Below are positions 20,071 through 29,782 of a stretch of DNA of 45,345 nucleotides, in pieces. The position numbers and the translations under genes were made by a program. The notes under the pieces were generated by a model. That model was not told where the DNA came from, did not search any database, and worked only from the letters and a program-made list of their open reading frames with translations. Location of the stretch: the IMG/VR virus record IMGVR_UViG_3300035128_000113; one strand, given 5' to 3'. The DNA is from a virus. Positions within the stretch are counted from its first letter, which is position 1. Each line of letters begins with the position of its first letter.

Positions 20071-21675
20071 CTATTCTTCCTCTTTAGGGGAATTCGGACC
20101 GTCGGCTTTGTCATTCATAGACTCAGAAATTTTTTCACCGCGTGTGTCGCTGGACCCTCCACGAGCAAAATTTCCATTTCCACTTCCCAGCCCAACTTCG
20201 TAATCCTGTAAGGCCTCTTCTTCCCGATCTTTATCGGCATCTTTCATGATATCTTTTGCTTGGGCATCGGTCAGCCCTCTACTCTTTAGAATGAACTTCC
20301 GGGAAGTAATCCCGAGGTCTTTTTCCAACTTGTTCCTTTCAAGCTCACGAACTTCATCCCTAGGCATCGGGTCAGGGAACTTTACCTTGTTTCGATAGCG
20401 ATTTTTAATATTCTTCATCTTTTTCGCAAAATCCAAATCAGCTATCTCATTCATTCTCAAAATAAGTCGATTGATTCTCTGAATTCCCGCACCGTAAACC
20501 ATCGCTTTCATGTCCCGTTTTTGCAAAACCGGCATGAACATAATCTGTAATGCCGCCCCTGAAGTGTTGCTGATAGGCAAAGGGGTACCCCAGAAATGGT
20601 CGGGACAACTCGAGAGCTCCTGAAAAGACTTCTTCAAGAACTCAACGTGCTTTAGGGCTGCCGACATATCCCCCTTCAACTCAAGGTTGAACACATCCCC
20701 CGTCTCGGGAATACCCCAAATACGATTAGCCCCTCGCTCAAGTTGATTTAGCCGGCATCCTTTAACAATCGTTTGCGGCGACCCGTGATAATCAATGATG
20801 TCTGAAATGTCCGTAATCTTTTCATTGAACTCTGTATTCAAATCCACTACGTCTACCAAATCCGAGATGCCATAGTATTCCCCCGTAACCGGGTAATTGG
20901 GTATATGAACTACCGGTATTTCTTGTAAGGGATTAACCCTCTCACTTATCAGATTATTATCCTCATACTCATATACCATAGCCGGTGTTTGAATGTTCCC
21001 GTTCTCATCCACCACTGGTGACGTCCAAAGCTCCGCCTTCATCACTAAGGTAACTCGATTGTTGCCCAAGTTCTTTTCTAGCAGCCTTCCGGGAGCCAAC
21101 TCATTCCAGTTGACATCCATAAAAGTCGGGATGACAATCAGTAACCTCTTTATGCGCTTTCTGTCGACCCCGTGCGGCCCGCAGAACTCAGGGAAGCAAA
21201 AATGACTCGGAATTATGTCCACCCTGGCATAGGCATCCTCGAATAAATCGGTCTTATCCCAACTGACCCGAGCAAATACATCCCCTGTAACCCCACCCCC
21301 CTGACCGCAATCAACCAGCCAAAGCTCTTTATTGTTTTTCTCCCACGTTTCATCCAACTTCACCTTAATGAAATCACGGGTTAATTGCTCATTTTCTGTC
21401 GTCGAGGGATCATCCGGAACTATATTTTCAAAACCTTTACTGAACGCGAAATCCAAATGACTGTTTATTGCCTTTCTGCAATAGTTGACCGTATTCTCCA
21501 CTTCCCCTGGGTCTCTCTTATACGACCAATGCTCCCCAAAATATGCTAACCAATAACGCCGATATGCTTGAAGCCTACGCGCATGGTTTAAACCCAATTC
21601 CTCACTGAAAAGGGTTTCAAAGGAATTGGCTATGCCAAACCTTATCTCAGCTGAAGACACCGAATATCCGGACAT
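20071..21675 (-). CDS. Portal protein (SPP1 gp6-like)
   Basis: 534 aa after TerL; NPL.EIPVVHIPN, YGISDL and SNTSGAAL motifs. Confidence 0.92.
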   Translation of the reverse strand: MSGYSVSSAEIRFGIANSFETLFSEELGLNHARRLQAYRRYWLAYFGEHWSYKRDPGEVENTVNYCRKAINSHLDFAFSKGFENIVPDDPSTTENEQLTRDFIKVKLDETWEKNNKELWLVDCGQGGGVTGDVFARVSWDKTDLFEDAYARVDIIPSHFCFPEFCGPHGVDRKRIKRLLIVIPTFMDVNWNELAPGRLLEKNLGNNRVTLVMKAELWTSPVVDENGNIQTPAMVYEYEDNNLISERVNPLQEIPVVHIPNYPVTGEYYGISDLVDVVDLNTEFNEKITDISDIIDYHGSPQTIVKGCRLNQLERGANRIWGIPETGDVFNLELKGDMSAALKHVEFLKKSFQELSSCPDHFWGTPLPISNTSGAALQIMFMPVLQKRDMKAMVYGAGIQRINRLILRMNEIADLDFAKKMKNIKNRYRNKVKFPDPMPRDEVRELERNKLEKDLGITSRKFILKSRGLTDAQAKDIMKDADKDREEEALQDYEVGLGSGNGNFARGGSSDTRGEKISESMNDKADGPNSPKEEE

Positions 21676-21686
21676 TTACTCCTCCA

Positions 21687-24254
21687 TTAATCCCACTTTG
21701 AGTTCTGCCTACGCTTTTTGCTAAAACCTAAATTTTTCCTGTAGGTTTTCAGCCTTTGATTCATTGCACGTACCGCCCCGTGAATATCTCCATTAGACGC
21801 CAATCGAGCAACCCTGCCTAGAAGCATGTTATCACCTTCTTCAACCTCCATGGAAGCCCCAACATTCACCAACCAATTTAGCATCATTGCCGAGTCGCAA
21901 TTGCCCGTCACAGAAATTTTCCCATTGCGTCTGCATATAAAGAACCCAGTAGGCACTGTTACACACCACACCGAACCACTATACTCCTTCTTCTCACAAG
22001 TAACTATGGGACTCCTTTTGAGATCAAAAATGTGAACCAAATAACCTGTATCCGTCATTTCTATTCGTGAATAATTCCCCGACTTAAATGCTAACTCATG
22101 CACTCCATCAGCCAATGCCTTACTTTTAACAAAATACCCTCTATCCGTGTCTCCTATCTCTCCACACTCCCCGTTAGTAAGAAGTAAACTCAACAAAAAA
22201 TAGCATTCATCCGAAGTCAATGCCCCAAGCATGGACTTTGGAATACTCGGCAACTCCCCTGTCAGTATCCTATGTACAATCGAGAGTATCTCATGACGCT
22301 GGTACGTCGCCCACCTAGGGGTCTGCTTCGCCGCTGCCGGGATTGAAATCTTATTCGGGGATACTTGAAGTAGGCTCTCCGCTGTGTCTATATCCCTAAT
22401 CCAAATATTGCCCTTAGTCACTTTCTCAAAATACATCTTGTGTTGATCCGTGACTAATTGGTCCACAAAGTCCCCCTGAATACTGACCATAAACTCGTTT
22501 TGATGCAGACTTCTGCGGATGACCCTAGTTGCAGGTAGGTACTGGATTGTTTCGGTGCCCGGGTCATAGTTCGCAACCAATGAAGTGGTAGAGAATGTCT
22601 TAAACCCTTCCCAACCGCTTTGGGTTAGAACCTCCATGTCTTCTGCCATACAATAATCGTCTCGCGCCTCATCACTGGACTTATCTTTCTGGACAACCAT
22701 AGTGTTTCCCCTCCAAGTTTTTCTTAAGTCGGTCATCTGCAACTGGAACCTTTTCCACTTCTGTGTTCTTGCCGCCATAGGTCCGGCCGGATATGTAAAC
22801 CGTTTACTGTTAATCTCCTGTAAGAGAGCCTTATATCCTCTATCTTTACTCGTAGCGGAAAAAATAAATGGGTGAACTGCTATATCTAAACTTCTAAGAT
22901 CCGCCGCCAACCTTGAATAAACTGGATCGCCCTTACCCGTAGCGTCAACTATAACATCAGAAATCCTGTAGTTTGCTAAAAAGTCAAGAATCTTAGAATG
23001 CTGCTCCTCATGATCATCTCCCTGTAACTCAAGCCAATTCCAAATATGAATGGGAAATCGAATAGTATCCGCATAATCAATAGGCATATCGTAAAATGGC
23101 CTACCGACAGTAACAACAGTTGAAAACTCCTTACCTACGTCTACCGCCGCCACAATTTTTTGCGTTGAGGGGTCATACGTTATCAAATTATGAGAACGCA
23201 CAAACTTTATTGCTCTTCTGCGCCCTCTGCCTCCTTTGTATACTTTCAGATAATCAGCTTCTCTAATACCGCACTCATCGAACATATCCGAGTTTACGAA
23301 CATGCCGCGTTCTAATAACCAATGAAGTCTATACTTCATCCTGAAATCATCGGAATCGTACCCTAGCCGTTCAATCTCCTTTTCTACATACTTACTATAT
23401 TTCGGATTATTTCTCTGGGCAACCGTATAATCAAACTCAAAATGCTTACGTTTTGCCGCTCTAGTTTTTCCATTAACAATATCTGACCTCTTATTCCTCT
23501 TACATGCCTCAAAGAAATCAGACTTTACCCTATTAACTGTGCCTATCTTTATTAGTGACCCCGCCGTGGCCGCAGCCATCGGGTGAATGGATGACCTAAG
23601 CGCATTCCTATCTATATCTTGTGCTTCCTCACAAATAATTAAATGAAAGGTTTCCCCCTCGATTTTGGACTGTGGAGCCGCAGTTCCACAATGAACAAAC
23701 GACCCATTAGGAAGCTTAAGATTCTCTATAACTTTCTTCTTAGTCAGATCGATGTCAATTTCTGGGTCCAACAAAGTAGCTTTAGACTCTTGAGAATACA
23801 TCCTAGCCTTCATACGACGGAACATAATGTCCGACTGATGATAATGAGGAGCATATATACCCACCCAAAAGCCATCCTTAAACTTATGTATTCTGTCATC
23901 CTGCGGAAGCTTCTCAGCTAACAACGGCAACATCACCATCAAGCCGCAAACCGTAACTGCAACCGTCTCCGTTTTGCCCGACTGTCTAGCAAAAAGAGCG
24001 GTTATCTCTTCTGCATCTTCAACCAATATGGAATAGATAGCCCTCCAACCAAACTCTAACTCATAATCATGTAAATTTATCCCGCACATCATTTGAGAAA
24101 AACTCAGGATGACATCGGAAAGTTTACATATCTGCTTGTCAGTAAGCCTCCCTTTTTTGGTGTCCAGTGGAGTATCCTTAAGCACCTCCTCTGCTTGGTC
24201 TAGATTATCCTCATAAACCTCTTGTGTGTCTCGTGTATCCTGTAGTGATTCCAT
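21687..24254 (-). CDS. terL: Terminase large subunit containing an intein
   Basis: Walker A ARQSGKT, Walker B LIICEEAQ, nuclease motifs AAVDVG and VDATGKGD, DDY/CDS motif split by the intein. Confidence 0.93.
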   Translation of the reverse strand: MESLQDTRDTQEVYEDNLDQAEEVLKDTPLDTKKGRLTDKQICKLSDVILSFSQMMCGINLHDYELEFGWRAIYSILVEDAEEITALFARQSGKTETVAVTVCGLMVMLPLLAEKLPQDDRIHKFKDGFWVGIYAPHYHQSDIMFRRMKARMYSQESKATLLDPEIDIDLTKKKVIENLKLPNGSFVHCGTAAPQSKIEGETFHLIICEEAQDIDRNALRSSIHPMAAATAGSLIKIGTVNRVKSDFFEACKRNKRSDIVNGKTRAAKRKHFEFDYTVAQRNNPKYSKYVEKEIERLGYDSDDFRMKYRLHWLLERGMFVNSDMFDECGIREADYLKVYKGGRGRRRAIKFVRSHNLITYDPSTQKIVAAVDVGKEFSTVVTVGRPFYDMPIDYADTIRFPIHIWNWLELQGDDHEEQHSKILDFLANYRISDVIVDATGKGDPVYSRLAADLRSLDIAVHPFIFSATSKDRGYKALLQEINSKRFTYPAGPMAARTQKWKRFQLQMTDLRKTWRGNTMVVQKDKSSDEARDDYCMAEDMEVLTQSGWEGFKTFSTTSLVANYDPGTETIQYLPATRVIRRSLHQNEFMVSIQGDFVDQLVTDQHKMYFEKVTKGNIWIRDIDTAESLLQVSPNKISIPAAAKQTPRWATYQRHEILSIVHRILTGELPSIPKSMLGALTSDECYFLLSLLLTNGECGEIGDTDRGYFVKSKALADGVHELAFKSGNYSRIEMTDTGYLVHIFDLKRSPIVTCEKKEYSGSVWCVTVPTGFFICRRNGKISVTGNCDSAMMLNWLVNVGASMEVEEGDNMLLGRVARLASNGDIHGAVRAMNQRLKTYRKNLGFSKKRRQNSKWD
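21900..22652 (-). mobile_element. Intein (251 aa) with degenerate homing-endonuclease remnant
   Basis: Block A CMAEDMEVLTQSGW, block B VTDQHKM, blocks F/G VWCVTVPTGFFICRRNGKISVTGN followed by Cys+1. Confidence 0.9.
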
Positions 24255-24282
24255 AAAAAACTCCTTAATATCCTCTAAGACA

Positions 24283-24310
24283 AATATGCCATATCACCGA
24301 AATTTTTCAA
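24283..24310 (-). promoter_or_regulatory. Candidate promoter upstream of terL
   Basis: TTGAAA-16 nt-CATATT with an extended TG, followed by an AGGAG RBS. Confidence 0.4.
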
Positions 24311-24507
24311 CCCTTCAGAGGTTTATCAAGGATACAATTCTAAAACCGGTCAGACCGGTTCAGACTGAGTTCTGATGGATTCTTTTTAATGTTGCGTGGG
24401 GGAGTACATAGAATTATTGGGCGAGTAATTAGGGAATAAATTGAATCGAACAGTGGAAGGAAATTTAATGGATAAAATCTAAAAGGAAAACGGGGAAGGC
24501 GTGTGTC

Positions 24508-25671
24508 CTAGAGATGAATCTTTGTATAGAACCTCCCCTTTAAATTGAAGCACTTGGGATACGTAGGGCAGGTACTTACGCTTATTGCCCCACTAATTTC
24601 TCCGCCTGGCCTCATATCTCCTTCCGCGATAGGTATATTTCCGTGAAATTCTTCTGTTGGATACATATAGCTTAGGCTAGTAATCTCCGCATCTTCAATT
24701 TTGAAATCAAAAAAACTCCCACGAGAATCCGGGTCAGGTGTCCCATTGAGCATAAGTAGACCCGCGGCGTTTATCTCGGAAGACCTATAAATTGTATCGA
24801 CGCCCAACTCAAAGGTATATTTCTCCCGGTTCATCGACTCCATCTGTATTACAACCTTTGATTCCTCTGAATCAAAGACTGCTCCGCCACGAAAAATAAG
24901 CTCAATAGGCTCTATCTCTAAAACAGTAGGCTCAAGCGTAATCTCCGCCCACCCATCCGCTGTTTTGCAATATCCATCCTCACACACCTCCCTTCCCGGG
25001 TTTTCGCAGTCGGAATACTCGCCGCATTCAACACATGCTCCAGCTACACACATACGAGGGCATTCCATTACGGAGACCGCCCGACAGTCCGAACCGGAAG
25101 ATGTGCATACAGATAGGATATTCTCATTGCATACCGTTTCCCCCTCTATCCAGCCATCTACCGGAATATCCCCATCGGCGTCGGCGTCGGCGTCGGCGTC
25201 GGTATCTGTGTCAGTGTCTGTGTCTGTATCCGTGTCTGTATCCGTGTCTGTATCCGTGTCTGTATCAGTATCCCCATCGGTATCGGTATCGGTATCGGTA
25301 TCGGTATCGGTATCGATATCCGTATCCGTATCCCCATCAATATCGGCATCTGTGCCTGGATCGAAGTCTGCATCGGTATCCCCATCGGTGTCCGTGTCCG
25401 TATCCCCATCGGTATCCCCATCGGTATCGGTATCCGTATCCCCATCGGTGTCGGTGTCGGTATCGGTGTCCGTGTCCGTGTCCCCATCGGTATCCCCATC
25501 GGTATCGGTATCCGTATCCGTATCCGTATCCGTATCCGTATCCGTATCCGTATCCGTATCCCCATCGGCAGTCGAAGACATATCACCTCCATCCTCCCCA
25601 TCGGCAATATCCGACATATCCTCGGAACACGCACATAACACCATCATCATCATCACAAAATAAAGTTTCAT
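24508..25671 (-). CDS. Lipoprotein with long (Asp-Thr)n repeat and Cys-rich domain
   Basis: Start moved to MKLYF (AGGAGG RBS); signal peptide and lipobox VLCAC; about 130 aa of DT/DG repeats; disulfide-rich segment. Confidence 0.85.
   Translation of the reverse strand: MKLYFVMMMMVLCACSEDMSDIADGEDGGDMSSTADGDTDTDTDTDTDTDTDTDTDTDGDTDGDTDTDTDTDTDTDGDTDTDTDGDTDGDTDTDTDGDTDADFDPGTDADIDGDTDTDIDTDTDTDTDTDTDGDTDTDTDTDTDTDTDTDTDTDTDTDADADADADGDIPVDGWIEGETVCNENILSVCTSSGSDCRAVSVMECPRMCVAGACVECGEYSDCENPGREVCEDGYCKTADGWAEITLEPTVLEIEPIELIFRGGAVFDSEESKVVIQMESMNREKYTFELGVDTIYRSSEINAAGLLMLNGTPDPDSRGSFFDFKIEDAEITSLSYMYPTEEFHGNIPIAEGDMRPGGEISGAISVSTCPTYPKCFNLKGRFYTKIHL
25170..25568. repeat. Coding hexanucleotide microsatellite (GAYACN)n encoding DTDTDT
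   Basis: Runs of gtatcc/gtatcg/gtgtcc directly visible. Confidence 0.95.
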
Positions 25672-25729
25672 AACCCCTCCTTTCCCTAGGGGGAATCTCC
25701 CCACTAGGGTATTGGTTGCTTGGTTGTTT

Positions 25730-26533
25730 CTACGCTACGGGCGTAACGCCTTTCTTCGAGGTCTTTTTCGCTTTTGTGGCCTTGGTGGCCTTGGGGGTGG
25801 TCTTTTTGGCGGTGGTCTTTTTGGGGGTGGTTTTTTTGGCAGCCTTCTTTTTGGCCTTTTTCGATGCCTTCCCCCCGTTCAGCTCCTCGGCAGAGATGAA
25901 GCGCGCCTCTCCTTCCTCGCTGTCTACCGGCTCCGTCACTTCTGTCGGCTTCGGATGTCCCTTGCGAACTCGATTGAGAACGGTCCGGTCTTCGCTTTCC
26001 ACCTTCTTTTTGGTCTCCTGCTCACCAACAAGCCTGACCTCCCGGGTAGTTCGCACCGCGTGATATATCTTCTCCTGGAACTTATCCGACCCCTCATCCA
26101 CCCATCGGGCATATATTTTCTCTGCCCGTTTGTCCAAATCATCTTTGGACGTCCAGAGCAGAACGTACCACCTATCATCGGCGACCACCTTAACGAGTAT
26201 TGCGCCGACAACCTGCTTCCCCGCCTTAAACCTCCTTTGGATCGCCCTTCCATCGGGAAGGGTAACCTCAAATATCCCGAAGGCCGGCGCGGCTCCCTTC
26301 GTCTTTTTTTCCCTCGTCTTTTTGGTCTCCACATCCGCTGTCTTTACGACTTTGGACACTTTGCGAACTCTTGGTGTCCCCTTCTTGAGGACCTCTGCGG
26401 CGTTTCCTCCCGCACTTCCTTTCGGTGGCTTCGCAATGGTACGAGAACTAATAACTCCGTATGCCGCTTTTTTTGTTTTTGTGCTTTTTGTGTTTTTTGT
26501 GTTTTTTGTGTTTTTTGTGTTTTTTGTTTTCAT
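25730..26533 (-). CDS. Histone H1-like basic protein
   Basis: Start MKTKNTK with GGAG RBS; (NTK)n N-tail and KKAAKKTTPKKTTAKK C-tail around a globular core. Confidence 0.75.
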   Translation of the reverse strand: MKTKNTKNTKNTKNTKSTKTKKAAYGVISSRTIAKPPKGSAGGNAAEVLKKGTPRVRKVSKVVKTADVETKKTREKKTKGAAPAFGIFEVTLPDGRAIQRRFKAGKQVVGAILVKVVADDRWYVLLWTSKDDLDKRAEKIYARWVDEGSDKFQEKIYHAVRTTREVRLVGEQETKKKVESEDRTVLNRVRKGHPKPTEVTEPVDSEEGEARFISAEELNGGKASKKAKKKAAKKTTPKKTTAKKTTPKATKATKAKKTSKKGVTPVA

Positions 26534-26645
26534 GATGCACTCCGCTTCTTTTCTTTGCTTTTCCACCGTGTCTAGCACGGAACTAATTATTTGTACCCCC
26601 CAATTCCGTTTCGAATCAAAACGGAATACACCGGGAATTCATCTC

Positions 26646-27002
26646 CTACTCATCACCCTCCCGGGGCAATCCCAACAGATCCCAACCCTCACCATCGATG
26701 AAGGCAAATCTGACATCGAGAACTTTTTTCGCGATTTTTGAGTCGAATGCCTCCTCAATAAACTCGGGGGTGACCGCCACCTGCTGCCCTTTCCATATGG
26801 GGACTTCTGCCGTAGAGCCCTTGGAAACTTCTACCAACAGAATCCCTGTCTCCATCATGTCGGCGCAGTCTTTACATGGGGTATGGTCCAGTATCGCCCG
26901 TGCCACTTGTACTTTCTTCCCCCTGGACCTCCGGTCCTTGTCTTGTCCGCAGAAATAACATTGCGGGATTGGCGTTATAACATGTTTCCCTGTAACTTTC
27001 AT
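26646..27002 (-). CDS. Zn-finger hypothetical phage protein
   Basis: CYFCG...PCKDC motif; AAGGA RBS; upstream promoter motif. Confidence 0.75.
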   Translation of the reverse strand: MKVTGKHVITPIPQCYFCGQDKDRRSRGKKVQVARAILDHTPCKDCADMMETGILLVEVSKGSTAEVPIWKGQQVAVTPEFIEEAFDSKIAKKVLDVRFAFIDGEGWDLLGLPREGDE

Positions 27003-27025
27003 TTTGAGTCCTTTCTATCGCAAGT

Positions 27026-27063
27026 CCTAATAATAATATTGCAACTAACTGTTACTACCGCAA
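27026..27063 (-). promoter_or_regulatory. Phage promoter of the ATATTATTATTA class
   Basis: TTGCGG-17 nt-AATATTATTATTAG; same -10 block as the 42-45 kb array. Confidence 0.5.
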
Positions 27064-27072
27064 GACTTAACC

Positions 27073-27486
27073 TTAATAAAACTTATCATGAGGCATACGT
27101 CTATATTCAATTAACATATCTTTAATATTCGTCGCGAATCGTAAACTGGTATCACGATAAGTGTCCGTCCGTACATATGTATTTCTATATGTCCTGATTA
27201 ACACCTGTGCGGCAATAGTACTAAGAATCATTCCTGTGTACTCGATATGAGCATCTTTATAACTCTCCTGCATTGCATAATGAGTACACAGGTCCACACT
27301 TAAAACTTCTTTCAACAGAAGCCACGATGGCTTCATGACACATATCAAGGTCCCTAGCGTCCCAGCCCGTAGATCTAGATATTCCAGAAGAAAATCTTCT
27401 GTAGCCTTTACACCCTCAGGAACCTGTGCCCGCAATAAGGTAAAGCCCGTAACCAACTCCTCCAAAATGGACGTAGTCTCGGACAT
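27073..27486 (-). CDS. Hypothetical protein
   Basis: GGAGG RBS; co-oriented 137-aa ORF. Confidence 0.65.
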   Translation of the reverse strand: MSETTSILEELVTGFTLLRAQVPEGVKATEDFLLEYLDLRAGTLGTLICVMKPSWLLLKEVLSVDLCTHYAMQESYKDAHIEYTGMILSTIAAQVLIRTYRNTYVRTDTYRDTSLRFATNIKDMLIEYRRMPHDKFY

Positions 27487-27496
27487 ATTACACCTC

Positions 27497-27664
27497 CTAA
27501 ATCAGCCCTAGATAAAGGAGCCAAGAAGGGTATCCATGGGGGCATACCCCATCAGGCTCAACAGTACACCCATCAGTAGCATCACACACGGAATCATAAA
27601 CCCATTCCTCAAGCTGCTCTTCATCCGGCTCTTCCATGGTTGGTATTGGATACTTTTTACTCAT
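27497..27664 (-). CDS. Small Cys/His phage protein (DGC.VEPDG.CPHG family)
   Basis: Start moved to MSKKYP; motif recurrent among phage hypotheticals. Confidence 0.75.
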   Translation of the reverse strand: MSKKYPIPTMEEPDEEQLEEWVYDSVCDATDGCTVEPDGVCPHGYPSWLLYLGLI

Positions 27665-28109
27665 GATAATCCCCCGCAAGATATACACGTACAGGTATTC
27701 TCCGAACATAGTTATCTGTCGCGGCCATACGGCGAATCTCCTCCCTCGACATAGGGTGTGAGTGCATATAGTTATCTGAAGCTCTCCACCCCTCAAGAAC
27801 TGGCTTCCCAGAGCAAGAAGAGCACTTGGGTACCGTCAAGCACCCGTTTTCATGTCCGAAATAGGGGAGGTATCTACACCCCCATCCATTCTGAAGACTG
27901 GTCCCACACACTTCAAGTCGGTCATCCGCCGTGAACCTCCGCAAATACTCCTCACGGATACACAACAATACTGGCTCGCCAACCTTGTCGGCAATAACCA
28001 CCCATTGTGCACTCTTAGGAGCTTCAGCCAATACCCGATTGACATCCACCTCTTCAACGGCATTAGCCGTAAATGACCAACTTGGTTTTTTGTGCTTTGA
28101 CATTTTCAT
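27657..28109 (-). CDS. Hypothetical protein with CxxC
   Basis: AAGGA RBS; overlaps the downstream gene by 8 nt. Confidence 0.65.
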   Translation of the reverse strand: MKMSKHKKPSWSFTANAVEEVDVNRVLAEAPKSAQWVVIADKVGEPVLLCIREEYLRRFTADDRLEVCGTSLQNGWGCRYLPYFGHENGCLTVPKCSSCSGKPVLEGWRASDNYMHSHPMSREEIRRMAATDNYVRRIPVRVYLAGDYHE

Positions 28110-28142
28110 TTCCTTTCTTTATTTGTTGCCTTATCTTAATGG

Positions 28143-28421
28143 TTATTCATCGAAGATCACAAAATGGCTCCATTTGTTCGAATACCTACTCCGAATTTTG
28201 TATCCGGCGCGTAACACAACCCTCTCTAAATCATCTCTTGGGCCCCTAGAGCACAGATATGATACCAGCCATTTGCCCTTTCGAAGCCTCTTTTGCTGCC
28301 CCATATCCGCATAAGGCAATGCAGAGGCGGTGGTCATCACCCTCGCGGCAGGTTTTGCCCCAGATCGATGAATTGCAGACGACACGCGCTCCAGGTCTCT
28401 ATCGATTATCCCATCTATCAT
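28143..28421 (-). CDS. Hypothetical basic protein
   Basis: Start moved to MIDGII (GGGGA RBS), downstream of the promoter at 28469-28503. Confidence 0.6.
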   Translation of the reverse strand: MIDGIIDRDLERVSSAIHRSGAKPAARVMTTASALPYADMGQQKRLRKGKWLVSYLCSRGPRDDLERVVLRAGYKIRSRYSNKWSHFVIFDE

Positions 28422-28468
28422 AGTATCCCCTGTAGTCTGACACGTCTTAGTGTAATTAACATATCCAT

Positions 28469-28503
28469 TAATAATAATATGCGTAATTTTAATTGAGTTA
28501 CAA
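28469..28503 (-). promoter_or_regulatory. Phage promoter of the ATATTATTATTA class
   Basis: TTGTAA-18 nt-TATTATTATTA; same geometry as the array promoters. Confidence 0.65.
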
Positions 28504-28851
28504 GACTTAAAACCATGATAACTGGTTAATTTGGCGGTAATAGTCTGCAATGTGAGCATAACTTGAAATCTTTAGTGAATATTACAGTAATATCGTATGT
28601 GTTGTCGATGATATACATGAGACATGGGTATAATATCCCAAAATATGTCGGTGAAGTGGATGTATCATCCGGTATCGGCATATCACAGTGCATATCTATG
28701 GCATATCCCCTATCCCTAGTCATTAGAGTATATTCTAATGACTACAATATCAATGTAATATGCCTACATAGGATTTCAAGACCAAACCATGTTTGTCTTG
28801 AAAGTTTATAAACTACAGTATTAGTTTAATTTATATGAATAGGGTAGGGGG

Positions 28852-29277
28852 TCAATCGGCAAGAAGATAACACCTAGAATAGTCAATACAAGCCACAGCA
28901 TCCCTAATTGTTCTAACCATAGAAGTCAAACAACTATCATAGGGAACATGCCCCAGCCTAATCTGAATATCCCTATGAACACCCTGAAGAATTTCAAGCA
29001 AGATATCTGTAACTAAAAACCAAACATAATTAGCATTCTCAAGACAGAACTTTGAAACCGTAGATAGTACTATGTCAAAAAGCCACGCATGCAATTCTCT
29101 TGTATAGGTTACACCGTATTTTAAATATAACCTAGTTATCTTAACTAAATCATAATCCAAAAGTACCTTCAATATCTTATAAACATACACTCTATCCTTG
29201 CCCAACTTACATTCAGATATATCCCATGAAGCTACAATCAAACTTTGCATGGCTTTTAAATCTGGCTTATATATCAT
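28852..29277 (-). CDS. Hypothetical protein
   Basis: GGAGG RBS before MIYKPD; no RyR motif recognisable. Confidence 0.6.
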   Translation of the reverse strand: MIYKPDLKAMQSLIVASWDISECKLGKDRVYVYKILKVLLDYDLVKITRLYLKYGVTYTRELHAWLFDIVLSTVSKFCLENANYVWFLVTDILLEILQGVHRDIQIRLGHVPYDSCLTSMVRTIRDAVACIDYSRCYLLAD

Positions 29278-29346
29278 AATTCTGCCTCCAAACAAAACAT
29301 ATCCGTGCGACTTAGCACAACCGCCTAGGCGCGCACAACCTATAAC

Positions 29347-29781
29347 CTAATGCAATGTACGGGTATCTTTATCAACACTACTATGGTGAACCACTGAAAT
29401 TTTACCCGACGCATATATTGCTTTTATCAAGGTCTCAAAAAGCTCATCCATAGCCCGTATTACGTATGGAATCTCATCGTACGGAAGTATGCAGGGATCA
29501 ACCATATTCGCCTCATCTTCTTCCTCCCCATACCTCCATCCCTCGTCAACCCTCAATTTAAGCCACTCCTCATGGCGCTTTCTCATAGAATACGTAGGGT
29601 CCTGGTCAAATCTCACCATAATATTCAAATATGAAATAAAGTCATCTTCATCAGGCTCGCAAACTAACGAGTCGGGATTCCCCATAAGAATCCATTCAAA
29701 CTTGTGCATAACCTCATGAATTATTCTTAGCACCTTTAAACTAGTTGCATCTGTCATCACAACGGCTTGTCGATCTATCAT
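29347..29781 (-). CDS. RyR-domain protein
   Basis: RHEEWLKLRVDEGWRYGEEEDEANMVDPCILPYDEIP. Confidence 0.85.
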   Translation of the reverse strand: MIDRQAVVMTDATSLKVLRIIHEVMHKFEWILMGNPDSLVCEPDEDDFISYLNIMVRFDQDPTYSMRKRHEEWLKLRVDEGWRYGEEEDEANMVDPCILPYDEIPYVIRAMDELFETLIKAIYASGKISVVHHSSVDKDTRTLH

Positions 29782-29782
29782 T

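Noticed and set aside
70-24254. Stand-alone tailocin/eCIS or T6SS locus
   Set aside because: Terminase, portal, scaffold and capsid genes are present and contiguous
24965-25673. SVSVSV, RYRYPY and IRIPIP ORFs
   Set aside because: Alternative-frame shadows of the DT microsatellite
25684-25709. Hairpin CCCTAG-GGGGA-atc-TCCCC-a-CTAGGG as an intrinsic terminator
   Set aside because: No U-tract on the coding (minus) strand; it directly precedes the lipoprotein RBS and its role is unclear
25712-26741. Long plus-strand Phe/Gly-rich ORFs
   Set aside because: Antisense shadows of the Lys-rich histone-like gene
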